Below are positions 1 to 11,688 of a stretch of DNA of 64,000 nucleotides, one piece after another (position 1 is the stretch's first letter; the number at the start of each line of letters is the position of its first letter). The notes under the pieces were generated by a model that was not told where the DNA came from, did no database searches, and was given only the letters and a program-made list of their open reading frames with translations. Origin of the DNA: Octopus sinensis (taxonomy: Eukaryota); NCBI RefSeq assembly GCF_006345805.1, contig NC_043003.1, forward strand, positions 59,644,001-59,708,000, written 5' to 3'. Position numbers and translations under genes: made by a program.

Positions 1-509
1 TGTGTGTTCTTTTTTAATGTATTGTAATACTCTTTTTGTGTGTACGTTCGCTCTATCGCTCTTATGCTCCACCCTAATAATCTGTTCATTTTTATATTTC
101 AGTCAGAAGTCTACAGGGAATATTACGCGACAGTGGACACTCCCTTCTCTCTTTTTCCCTAACAGTATTTTTATTGATATTTGAATGTAATTGCTTTAAT
201 ACAGTTCAAAATATTTGAAAATTAAACATAAATAAGTAAAATGAAATTTCATAATATTTATTCAGAAAAATCCTGTTTTAATAATAGACGTATATGAACG
301 AGTGTTCTAACACACAAATACACAAACATGTATGCATGCACTCTTACACCATTTCTCTGCATTTTTTCTTTTCCTCCTCTCTCACCGGTACTTTTTCAGC
401 GTAATTTCAAATAGAAATAAAAGTGAAATCCAGTATTTCTTGTTGTTGACAACAATATTTATGCAATGCATTGCAGCTACACTGCGGGTATTGTATTAAG
501 CAGAGGGCA

Positions 510-600
510 AATAACAACAACAACAACAGCGAAAACAACAACAGCAACAACAAAAACAATAACAATAATAATAATAATAATAATAACAACAATAATAATG

Positions 601-666
<66 letters not shown>
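510..666. repeat. Compound (AAC)n/(AAT)n microsatellite
   Basis: Directly visible trinucleotide tract; source of the poly-N/poly-I ORFs at 407-720. Confidence 0.97.
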
Positions 667-669
<3 letters not shown>

Positions 670-1225
670 GCCCTGATGCAGTACCAGGCAGTGGCTCTCA
701 TGGCTTCTGATCTTGACTGATTGGAAGTGTTATCATGTACATTGTTTTGTCTTGGTATAAAAGATGGGCTACAGCAAATATTCTGCTCAATACCACAGAT
801 TTGCTTATCAGTTGTTTGACCTTAACAAGTTGAGCATGTCCCTTAGTGGCTGACGATATGTGCATCTCTGATCACGAGCAGAAGTAGTGGGGGAGCATCA
901 TGGCCATGTGCTGGGGGGGGGATTCTTTGGGGTTTGAATAATTCACCTCTGGAAACATGGATGGTTCTTTCAACATCCTTAAACAACCCTTATTCAGAGA
1001 CCTTTTGAGCGGGATGGGCTACTCAACCTGAAGAAAATTCTAACTGGGACCCACCTGCAAGGTCATGTGCTGTTTATCTTGATATGAGATCACCATGTCG
1101 CGCACATATGGTTGTGATGCATGTGCCTGGTGTACCTTTATCAGACGGGTAGTCATGATGGGTATATTGGGCTTCGTATATTTTACCCCAGTGTCACTTT
1201 GATGGCATGCACTGCTCTCTCACTC
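667..1225. mobile_element. Unclassified ~560-bp interspersed element embedded in (AAT)n
   Basis: Non-repetitive, GC-richer block with sharp ends, flanked on both sides by (AAT)n; no ORF; resembles a dispersed octopus repeat from memory only. Confidence 0.55.
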
Positions 1226-1246
1226 AATAATAATAATAATAATAAT

Positions 1247-1770
1247 TAGAATAGGAAGCCGGACATAGTCTTAATTGAGAATGAAAGCAAGCTACATAGC
1301 ACGCCCAGCTGACAACAAGGTATGCGGTAAGGAAGAAAGAAAAAGTCGAGAGATATGACAGGTTAGCTTGGGAAGTTAAGTAGTTGTGGTCGATGAAAAG
1401 GGTAGCCGTAGTACCAATAATTGTCGGAGCCCTGGGAACAGTGAGTAAAAATCTCGAGAAGTACGTGGAACAAATAGGGGATGCAATAAGGATGGAGCAC
1501 TTGCAGAAAACAGCACTGCTTGGAACTGTTTCAATACTCTTTTCTCTTTTACTTCTTTCAGTCATTTGACTGCGGCTATGCAGGAGCACCGCAATAGCGG
1601 AAGAGTGCTACGCAGTGGAACTGAGCCCTGAACCATGTGGCTTGTAAGCAAGCTACTTACCACACAGTCACTGGTGCGAATGGTGATCGAAAAATAAGAG
1701 GTATTACCTTAGTTCACTGTTAGTGAACAGCTGACACTGCAGTACATCTCCAGCGTTAAAAGCTGTGCAA
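1247..1770 (+). mobile_element. 5'-truncated R4/Dong-like non-LTR retrotransposon (restriction-like endonuclease C-terminus plus short 3' UTR), decayed
   Basis: Across frameshifts and a stop it reads NRKPDIVLI..IARPADNKV..VERYDRLAWEVK*LWSMKRVAVVPIIVGALGTVSKNLEKYVEQIG..EHLQKTALLGTVSIL, then RMVIEK* (stop 1695-1697) after a SINE. PD..D motif and VPIIVGALG/LQKTALLGT are typical of RLE-domain ends. Flanked by (AAT)n. Confidence 0.85.
1539..1678 (-). mobile_element. SINE family C, internally deleted (head plus tail only), nested in the RLE LINE
   Basis: Contains reverse complements of the family C tail (cagtcatttgactgcggc..ggagcaccgc) and head (agcaagctacttaccacacag); it splits the LINE ORF. Confidence 0.8.
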
Positions 1771-1792
1771 AATAATAATAATAATAATAATA

Positions 1793-1855
<63 letters not shown>

Positions 1856-1872
1856 TTATAATAATAATAATA

Positions 1873-1916
<44 letters not shown>

Positions 1917-1923
1917 TAATAAT
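1771..1923. repeat. (AAT)n microsatellite
   Basis: Direct; follows the LINE 3' end. Confidence 0.97.
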
Positions 1924-2322
1924 AGTTTTAAATTTTGCCACAAGGGTAGCAATTTTGGGGGAGGTGATGAGTCGATTACATCGACCCTAGTGTTCAACTG
2001 GTACTTATTCTTTGAGCCCCGAAAAGATGAAAGGTAAAGTCGACCTCGGCGGAATTTGAAATTAGAAGGCAGCAGCAGACGAAATACCTATTTCTTTACT
2101 ACCCACAAGGGGCAAAACACAAAGAGGACAAACAAGGACAGACAAACGAATTAAGTCGATTATATCGACCCCAGTGCGTAACTGGTACTTATTTAATCGA
2201 CCCCAAAAGGATGGATGAAAGGCAAAGTTGACCTCGGCGGAATTTGAACTCAGAACATAACGGCAGACGAAATACTGCTAAGCATTTCGCCTGGCGTGCT
2301 AACGATTCTGCCAGCTAGCCGT
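1924..2322 (-). mobile_element. SINE family A, dimeric tRNA-derived SINE
   Basis: Two tandem monomers, each with revcomp of gagttcaaattccgccgaggtcgactttgcctttcatcctttcggggtcgat; tRNA-like A/B boxes at the 2322 end. Confidence 0.85.
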
Positions 2323-2344
2323 CATATGATAATAATAATAATGA

Positions 2345-2389
2345 TAACAGTAGTAGTAGTAGTAGTAGTAGTAGTAGCAGTAGTAGGGG

Positions 2390-2432
<43 letters not shown>

Positions 2433-2690
2433 CGTTCATATTCAGCTATGTATGACATTGATGCTTCAAAAACATAATAGCACTACTGCAATGCCTGTAG
2501 CTTGCTAAATTCTTGAAACACTGAGAGTAGCCAATGAAAAACTATGGAAATAGCAGTAAAAACAATAATAACAACAACAACAACAACAACGATAACAACA
2601 ATAATAATTATAATAATGTTGATGTTGATGATGATGATGATGATGATGATTACGACGATGATGATAATGATGACAATGATGATGATGAAA
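2345..2690. repeat. Compound (GTA)n/(GAT)n/(AAC)n microsatellites
   Basis: Direct. Confidence 0.9.
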
Positions 2691-3990
2691 TAAATAAATA
2701 AATCAGAAGGGAGGACAATTGCTGTTATGTCCCGAGGCCAATTTACGTTGAGCAGCTTAGCCAGATAAAGCTTTTGTCGCTTGGTAAGATTATGGCAGCA
2801 TGTTTTTGCGCACAACATGATGTTGCTACAATAGTGGGCGCTGATGTAACACATGCAACAGTCATATTATTTCAGTATAGTCAATTGCAGCACAATTAAA
2901 GGAAGGAAAATATCAACTGGAAAGCGTAGGATTTCATTGTGTGCTATGAAATATATTCATTCATTGGATGTAGCTAGGGAAACAGTGAAGTACGCATCAG
3001 AAAAAATTGTCGTTGATGCAGCTCTTACTCTAATTGGTTTTGTTTCTGAAAATAATGTTCTTTTAATAATTATAGAATTGAAATAGACAAATTGGTATTA
3101 GGCCAAGGTGTGTTATTTGATTAAAAGTCTTGGACAGCAATAACTTAGTAGTGTACAGGTGTTTTATATTTCTATGTGTAGTTGAATGAAGTAGCAATGC
3201 GGAGTAATCATTCCAGAATAGCCCACAACAAGTAGCAGGTATCTAGTTTGTATTGTAAGTGCACTAAATATTAAAAATTTCTAGAATATTCCTGGTAGCA
3301 GTTTGAACCCTTCCCTCCTTCACAGGAGTTTATTGATTACGTATAGTGCTGCCTTTGGGGAAAAGGGTATTGTTAGATGGTTTCATAGTTTATGAATCAT
3401 AAAGGTGGGGACAGGGATTTCGGCAGTATGGAGATGACAATCCTGTTTAGAACTAACTCTGCAACTTCAAACACACCGATGCCATTCCTTCATTTTGTAA
3501 TTCTATTTCTCTTGATAAACCAAAGATTTTATACCCAAATAAAATAATTTTTCTGTCATTGTCCTTGCAATGTCTTCGAGAAAGCTCACAATCTTTATTC
3601 TTTTTATTTTTCGCACACACAAATGCTTAAGGCTTCTCGCTTAACAACTAACCATTCTGTTCAGGATTGATTTTTTTCTTTGTTTAATTTTCAATGTTTT
3701 TTTTTTCTATTTCAGTTGCATAAAACGAAACGATAATATGAAACAAATGACATATAGTTTCTTCCTTCAGTCACTTCTAACAAATACAATCTTGCTACTG
3801 TATGATCGATCTCCTGCAAATAGACATATATCTAGACAATACTTGAGAATACTACTGTTACACCAAGAGCCAACGAACGAAATCTAGAAGTTGCGCAAAG
3901 TTTTAGAACTAGGAACTCAAATCTCCAACTCATTACACCTCTTTAAAATATTACACAATGGATAATATACTACGTGGTACATTATACCTG

Positions 3991-4167
3991 TTCTATATTT
4001 AAGAGATGAGGGATTATGTACATTATTTACATTATTTACAATTGACGGATATTTATCCTCATCTTGTTTGTTATTAACAGACCGTTTCGGCTGATATACC
4101 CCCCAGCTTTCATCAGGTGTCTTGGGGAAATTTCGAACCTGGGTTCTCATTCCTAAGGTATTTTCGA

Positions 4168-4170
<3 letters not shown>
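3991..4170 (-). mobile_element. Penelope-like terminal repeat (left arm) with hammerhead-like motif
   Basis: Minus strand 4116-4085 reads CTGATGA-A-AGCTG-ggggtatat-CAGCC-GAAA (core, stem II, GAAA); reverse complement of 4243-4405. Confidence 0.75.
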
Positions 4171-4232
<62 letters not shown>

Positions 4233-4242
4233 GAACAACTAC

Positions 4243-4405
4243 AACAACATCGAAAAATATCTTAGGAATGAGAACCCAGGTTCGAAATTTCTCCCAAGAC
4301 AACTGATGAAAAACAGGTGGGTATATCAGACGTAACGTTGTGTTAACAACAAACAAGATGAGGACAAATATCCATCAATTGTAAATAATGTAAATAATGT
4401 ACATT
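4243..4405 (+). mobile_element. Penelope-like terminal repeat (right arm), ribozyme core degenerate
   Basis: Inverted copy of 4016-4170; CTGATGA at 4303-4309, but GAAA has become GTAA at 4332-4335. Confidence 0.75.
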
Positions 4406-4975
4406 ATACCTGAGAAAAATAAAAGTAACACTTGGCTTCTAGTGTGAGAGAATGACTTTGAACGTATCCCTGCTTATCAAGTTCAATGTGGGCTTCACAA
4501 TAATGAATTAGTTTACATTGCTTAGAACAATATGCATTAGAGTTGGTCACCCATTCATTCATACTAATGACCGAATTATTGCATGCAGGACGCATATACA
4601 AGTATTTTTTACTTTGTTGAAGGAAATTCGTATTTACGCACACAGGAAGTTATACTCAACCATTCCATTCATTCATGTATTCATATAAACACTCACGCAC
4701 GGACAAATGAATATCCATGCCTGAAGATGTAGCTGATGATCGATTTAATATTTACTAACAATTGATTATCAACAACTGAATCGCTCCTGGTGAATATCTG
4801 AAATACCAACTATTTGTTTTCTTGTTGTCCTCTTAAACTTTATGTAGCTCTACTTGTTAGGTAATAATCCTAATCCAAACACAAGCTCCATTCATAGCAT
4901 TATATTTCTTTGAGTGTTTAACGTAGATCTATTTCCACTCTCACCATTCTATTGTAATTTGTCGCACAGTCAGCG

Positions 4976-4977
<2 letters not shown>

Positions 4978-5071
<94 letters not shown>

Positions 5072-5090
5072 GATCGATCTATCTATCTAT
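4978..5090. repeat. (TCTA)n microsatellite
   Basis: Direct. Confidence 0.97.
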
Positions 5091-5159
5091 CCTTCTGTGT
5101 GGACGCGTCTTAAGAAGTTTGCTTCCTAGGCACAGGGTTCCAGATAAATTCCCCATGCC

Positions 5160-5232
5160 CGGCCTGGTAATCGAAACCGCGATCCCACGACCGCAAGTCA
5201 GCTACCATAATCACTGGGCTTGGCATCTCCAC
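5160..5232 (-). mobile_element. SINE family B tRNA-like head fragment
   Basis: aatcgaaaccgcgatcccacgaccgcaagtc..cactgggc matches heads at 17700-17769 and 31210-31258. Confidence 0.65.
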
Positions 5233-7724
5233 GCACACATATATACAGTTGGCAATTGTTGAGGAAAAAGTTTCTAAAACACCTTTTAAATTATAAACGT
5301 CAAATATATTTTACTCCAGAATAAATTTTAACCTGGCAATATTGTTGCAAATTCCTTGTTATGTCTGAACCAGATTATCATATACAAACACTTGCGTTTG
5401 TACATCTCGCATTTTACAAAATATTGGATTCTACTCTGAGTTTTGGATTTACAGCTCTGGAATGTGCTCTGCTTCTTCCAATTCTTCCAGTCTTCAATTA
5501 CAACCTTTAATATCAATGGAAAAACTTTGTAGGTTATTCTGCGCAGCCGCAAACCAAATCCTTCTCAAAAGTGTTGGCCCCCATTTCATTTATTCTCCAC
5601 CCACCCCTTCATAAGGAAGGACATTGAAGTTCTGTGTCCCTTTGAATCCTCGATGCTAGCAAATTCTTATTCGAGAGAGCTTATGTTTTCAAAATTTGCA
5701 ATGGCTCGCATATTGTTAGAGTTATGCACTGGTGTTCTCCGTTCCATAAAATAAAAGTAAAGACATTATAATTTTTCTACGAAATAACCTGTAGCACAGA
5801 AACCAGTTTTGTTTTTATTAAGTCCTTTACGATGCTTCAATTCAGTGGTAAGCGCGGTAGTTTATGGCGATTACAACTGAGATTATTAATCTAGGCGTCT
5901 GATTCATCCAGTGAAGGCATCAGCACTTGATTTGAATGTTCTTGAAATTATATTTTGATTTTTTTTCTCTGTACCAATTTCATGTTTTTTTTCTCTCAAA
6001 CTATCTTGTCTAATACTCGGGGAACGCGATGCTTCTCTTTTTGAGTGAGTGCATCGTTATATATCGTTCAGCCAGAGTAATTTTGCGTTCTATTTTCTGC
6101 TTAGGGATTGGTTATGCATGTCCACAAGTTGAAACATTGTTACTCTTTATGGAGTGTAGTCAATGTAAGTACCGCATTTATTAAACTTCTAGCAAGAGCT
6201 ATTACGAAAGTATTGACAATGCACCCTATTTTGCTTTGCTTATCTCTCAGGTAATACTTACTAGCTTTAGAGGCTTTGTTGCAATCCAAACGTTAGTCTC
6301 CCTCTCATCTTCCTGTAATAGTTGCTTGATTTCTTAAGCAGTTCTGTTTGCTTCTCTGTGCAAAATTGATTTCGTTCTTTCTGTTCATCTTTTTATATTC
6401 TAATGATAATAATTCTGTCGGTTGTGGTCATGATGACGTAGGATGCTTTTCTATTTTATAGTCAAGTCCTTGCGGTGTTTTCTACTGCATTGGTTTAGCA
6501 GTTTATAATGTTTGTATTAGTATTATTGACATGTGATTTAGAATATCAATACCCAGATTCGATATTCTTGTTAGGATTCCTAAATGAGGAATTACGATGG
6601 TAAACGATCGAGAAAATTAATCTTTCTTTCTCTTACTCTCAACAATGGCCCTCTGGAAACCGTCGCTTTTCGTACTACCACTTTATATATCTTTGTCTTT
6701 AGATTTCTCTCCAAGATATCATGCCTGCAGGAGTAGACGAACTTTTTCGATATTTCCAGTTTCGTTTCCCACTCTATGCAATTTTTACTTATATTTACTT
6801 CTTAGAATAATCCGTGTAACAATCTTAATGATATTTTGGAAGTATGTAATCTTTGTAGTAAATTGCTTTTCTTTATATAATTCCACAAAAAAAACAAAAT
6901 ACTAGTTTTATTTATTTATTGGATTTTCAATGTAAAATATGTTTATATGTATAAAAGTTTAACATTGGGAGGTATATATCATTCGCTGACACAATTGTTA
7001 CTAAAATATTTTTATGTTACTAGAATACTACTAATATATAACATTCTAGAATACAAAGTAGAATGTAATATCAAGGTTCATAGCACAAAAGTTTTACTAT
7101 TATAGACAAGTATATATACTACGCATACAACATATACTACACATACTATATATATTACACATACTATATATACTACACATACTATATAATGTTCAAATTT
7201 TAATACATTCTAAAATAATACATACCTAAAAGCAATTTAATTAAACTAAAGCAACACATCACACAAACGAATATTATTAACTATTATAATAAAAAGCAAT
7301 AAAATTAAATAACCTATTTTATACTCAAATATAATTCGGTGGACATTCCTCAACGTATTTGTGATAGTAATGTAAATTCAAACAGAATAAGATATATCCA
7401 TTTATACAGATTATCATAGAATTTATACAGATAATCATGGAATTAAAATAAAATAATAAAGAATAACTTAAGCTATCCGTTTCCTTAGAAAGAAATGTGA
7501 GCCGTGAATAAGAGTAATTGCCTATAAAATATAACTAATATGTTGGATTTGCGGGATTAAAATTTGTTTGCATTTATTGTTTAACCAACTAAACGTGGTT
7601 GAATAAAATTTCAGATTAATATAAATATTAGGCAGTAAAATTAAATGAAATTAACTGCTTATAAATTACTGAGGTAATCTAGAAATAATTTCAATGTTTT
7701 TCGAGTTTAATAGGAATGTATCCG

Positions 7725-7832
7725 AAGGGTAGAAAAGGAAAAGTTAACCTACGTAATATTTGAACTCTGAACGTAGAGAGCCAGAAGAAATGCCGTTAAA
7801 CAATTTATCCGACAGGCTAACAACTATGTTAC
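7725..7832 (-). mobile_element. Decayed SINE family A fragment
   Basis: atttgaactctgaacgtagagagccagaagaaatgccg..gctaac resembles the family A head. Confidence 0.45.
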
Positions 7833-8004
7833 CTTAACACCTTAAACTTATATATAAGAAATATATTTTTAACAAGTATTATTTTGGAAAAAATATTTAA
7901 ATTGCGTATATCCATATAAAGACAAAGATATATAAAGTGGTAGTATGAAAAGCGATGGTTTCCAGAGGGCCATTGTTGAGCGTAAGAGAAAGAAAGATTA
8001 ATTA

Positions 8005-8038
<34 letters not shown>

Positions 8039-8089
8039 TATATGTATGTGTGAGTGCGTGTGTATGAGTGAGTGAGTGATTGAGTGAGT

Positions 8090-8252
8090 GTGTTTGTGTG
8101 AGTTCTTCCTCACCACCGCTTGACAACCGGTGCTGGCGTGTTTACATCCCTGCCCAAATGAGACGGATAGAATAAACGCCAGGCTTAAAGAATAATAAAA
8201 AGCGGTGCCCCAGTATGGTCGCAGCCTCACGACTGAAACACTTAAAAAGAGT
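8090..8252 (+). mobile_element. SINE family C 3' half
   Basis: accgcttgacaaccggtgctggcgtgtttac..gatagaataa..gcggtgccccagtatggtcgcag..gactgaaaca. Confidence 0.75.
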
Positions 8253-8892
8253 GTTAAACTTTACTCACATTTATTGACCTCAATGTTGGATTTAAAACCA
8301 GGTCACCAAACTGCTTCGCATTTTCTGTAAGAGACAAAAGAAAAAAGAAGAATTATTCCTTCCTTAAAAAGAAAGGATGTAATCACAGCTTGGTGATGAA
8401 TGAGGTAAAAGAGGACAATAATTAATCTTGTAGCTTCGCACCTCTTGCGTCTAATTCCCCACACATCATTTTAGTAGAAGAAGCTGTCAGCAAGCCGGTT
8501 CTGCTGTGTAGCTTCGATTAAATACAAAATCACTTTACCTAAATTACTTTTAACTTAGAAAATGCAACAAAGGCTATGAATGAGCCTTCGAACTTCTCAC
8601 AATCAATGTCTGCTGGTTTGTCTTTTGTTTTTGGCTAGAATGTAATATGTCGGTTGTATTGATTGGTACAAAAGAAAAAAAAAGGTAGGGAACTCATTAC
8701 TTTAAACCATTTAATTTTTTTTCACACTCTGTTCTAAGCTGATGCCCGAATAGACCATTTTACTTTGTCATTCGACCAAAGTTGCAATACTAGGAGAGGA
8801 AATACGTCATGTGATCCAAATAAGGACATTTGAAAAGGATTTTGATGACCAACAAATCTGAATTTATTTAGTGCTTATTTTTAGCTTTTATT

Positions 8893-9261
8893 TCTTTTAG
8901 TCATAAGACAGCAGTCATTTTGGGGTGCCATCTTAAATCGACCCCAATACAAACATTTTTAAAGTCTGGCATTTTTTCAGCTAGTATCAGGTGTCGCTAT
9001 GCTAAGTTATTGGAACGTAAACAAACCAGGTCATGTTGTAAAAACACAAAGACAGACACGCGTACACACAATATATATATATATATATATAATATATATA
9101 TTATATATATATATTATAATATTATATATATATGTATATATATATCACGTGATCACGTGACCGACCAGACAATCAGATGTTGCTACACATCGCTGGTCAC
9201 AATGCGTTCGCATTTTTTAGCCTTCGAATGACGCCACCCCGCTGGCTAAGCGAGCAGGCCA

Positions 9262-9345
<84 letters not shown>

Positions 9346-9580
9346 TATATATATTTACATATATATATATATATATAATATATATATATATACATATACA
9401 TATATATACATATATATATTATGTGTGTGTGTGCGTGTGTTTGTATACATATACATATATGTGGTTGTGCATTAAGGGTTTCCGTACAGTTTCCGTCCAC
9501 CAAATTCACTCACGAGTTAATTACCGGTCTGCACGAAGTGCTGCACTGACGCCAAACCATGTGGTTGCCAAGCTAGTTCC
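8893..9580 (-). mobile_element. Decayed SINE family C with expanded internal (TA)n/(TG)n
   Basis: 3' half at 8893-9050 (gtcattttggggtgcc..gctaagttattggaacgtaaacaaacc); 5' half at 9475-9580 (gtttccgtccaccaaattcactcac..aaccatgtggttg). Confidence 0.6.
9144..9262 (-). mobile_element. SINE family B 3' tail only, inserted in (TA)n
   Basis: Closely matches 17462-17582 (atcacgtgatcacgtgaccgac..gctacacatcgctggtcacaatgcg..ggctaagcgagc). Confidence 0.85.
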
Positions 9581-10022
9581 TGAACTACGTTGACATCCCT
9601 GCTCCTATATACATATATCGTAATATTAAATACTGGATCGCTTATCAAAGAGAGTAAAATGAATGAACGGACCCAATGGAAAAGTATATATTCCAGGTGA
9701 TTATTATGTATTCTCTGCAGTTAGGGAAAATTAGGCAATGAATAAAGGTAAAAACCAAGATAAAACAACATACTAAAACAGTTATTGAATATATGGACAT
9801 ACAAAAAAATATGATTTGCGACGAAGAACTTCCAGTAATTTCTTAGATTATACATTGTACTACTTGAACGCAGGAACTTATTGTACAAATATGTGTGTGG
9901 GAACATATGTGTATGTGTATCTATACGCAAGTACCCTCAATGACTGTTTAGGTGTAAGTTTAGCGTATGCATGTATATATATATATACACATATATATAT
10001 ACATATAAATATATATATATAT

Positions 10023-10059
<37 letters not shown>

Positions 10060-10266
10060 AATGTGGTGTGCATGCGTCTGTGTGTGTACGTTTAGTACAA
10101 GCAAACATATATATTTGTGTGTGAGTGTGCGTTTGGCTAGGCTACGCATACACACACACATATATATATATATATATAAAGATATATGGATATGTATGTA
10201 TATATACAATTTCATACATACATATATATACACATACATATATACATACATATATATATATATATA

Positions 10267-10298
<32 letters not shown>

Positions 10299-11086
10299 TT
10301 TATATACATTTACACACATACACACACAAGTATACGAAATTAAAATATATAGATAGATTTTTATATACACGTATGTATATAAACAAGTGTGTACAGCTGA
10401 GAGTGTGTATGAGTGGAATAAGAGAGAATGAAATAAGAAAAAATAATTGAGCAGAGAATATTGCAGGGTGCTATTCGTGAAATTATTAGAGAAGAAAGAA
10501 GAAATTGTAGTGAATCGATTAAAACTTATGGATCGAAAAGTTTCAAATTTTGGAAAGTTCCAGCAGCCTGACAGCTTTGCAACTTAGTTTATAATGAACG
10601 AGAAGTGCTTTTTTATGATTAAATCTCACAACATCTGGTCTGCTATTTCATTTTTGGGTTTCTCAAAGTTGATGCTGAACAGCTTGCAGCTGATTGGCTA
10701 ATGAAAGAGGACATTTAGAAATAATAATGATAAAAAAAATTGCGAAAAAATAATAAAAAAATATTAGCAAGAAAATCTAGCAATTGACGATGGCAAAAAC
10801 AGCCCTCCTGAAGATGTCTACAATTTTTATTCGACTTTAGAGTGTTTTTCTTCTTATTTCATTTTATTTTGACTTTAACAATTATGTGTATGTATTTTTG
10901 CTTTATTTTTCTTACTTTTATGCAGCCTTTCTTTTTACATAGCATGCTAGTATAGCGACGTAAATGTTAAACCACTTTGGATATATGTATGTGTGTGTGT
11001 GTCTGTACGTCCATATATGTATATATATATATATTATATATAATATATATATATATATTATATATATATATATGTTTGTGTATAAC

Positions 11087-11117
<31 letters not shown>

Positions 11118-11421
11118 TTGTGTATATATATATACGCAGATATATATATATATATATTATCTATGTATACATATATATAGTTTGGCGATACCAACAGGAA
11201 CATAGAACTCAAAACACACACATATATTCAATCAACAGAAGTCACAGAGTTTCTCAGGGGCCGTGAGTTTCAGGCATTGGCATGAAAATGGTATCAGATT
11301 ATGAGGATTACGTTTATACAGACCACTCAAAGCCCCGTGAAATCACCATACTTTTGAAACCAGCTTGGTAAGTGCTACTGCAATACACACAAGCCCTTCA
11401 GCCTCTCTGCAACTTCTGCGG

Positions 11422-11452
<31 letters not shown>

Positions 11453-11480
11453 ATAATAATAATAACAATAATAATGATAA

Positions 11481-11688
11481 TTTTGGTTAAAAACCAGTAA
11501 TTTCGAGGGCGTGGGGTAAGTCTTTGACATCGATCCCAGGGCCCAACTAGTTCTCATTTTATCAACGCCGATAGGATGAAAAGCAAAGTCGATCGCGGTG
11601 GAATTTCAACTCAGAACGTAAAGAAAAATGAAATAATTCTATGCATTTCACCCACCGCGCTAACGATTCTGCCAGTTCGCTGACGATA
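11481..11688 (-). mobile_element. SINE family A monomer
   Basis: aggatgaaaagcaaagtcgatcgcggtggaatttcaactcagaacg..gctaacgattctgccag. Confidence 0.75.
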
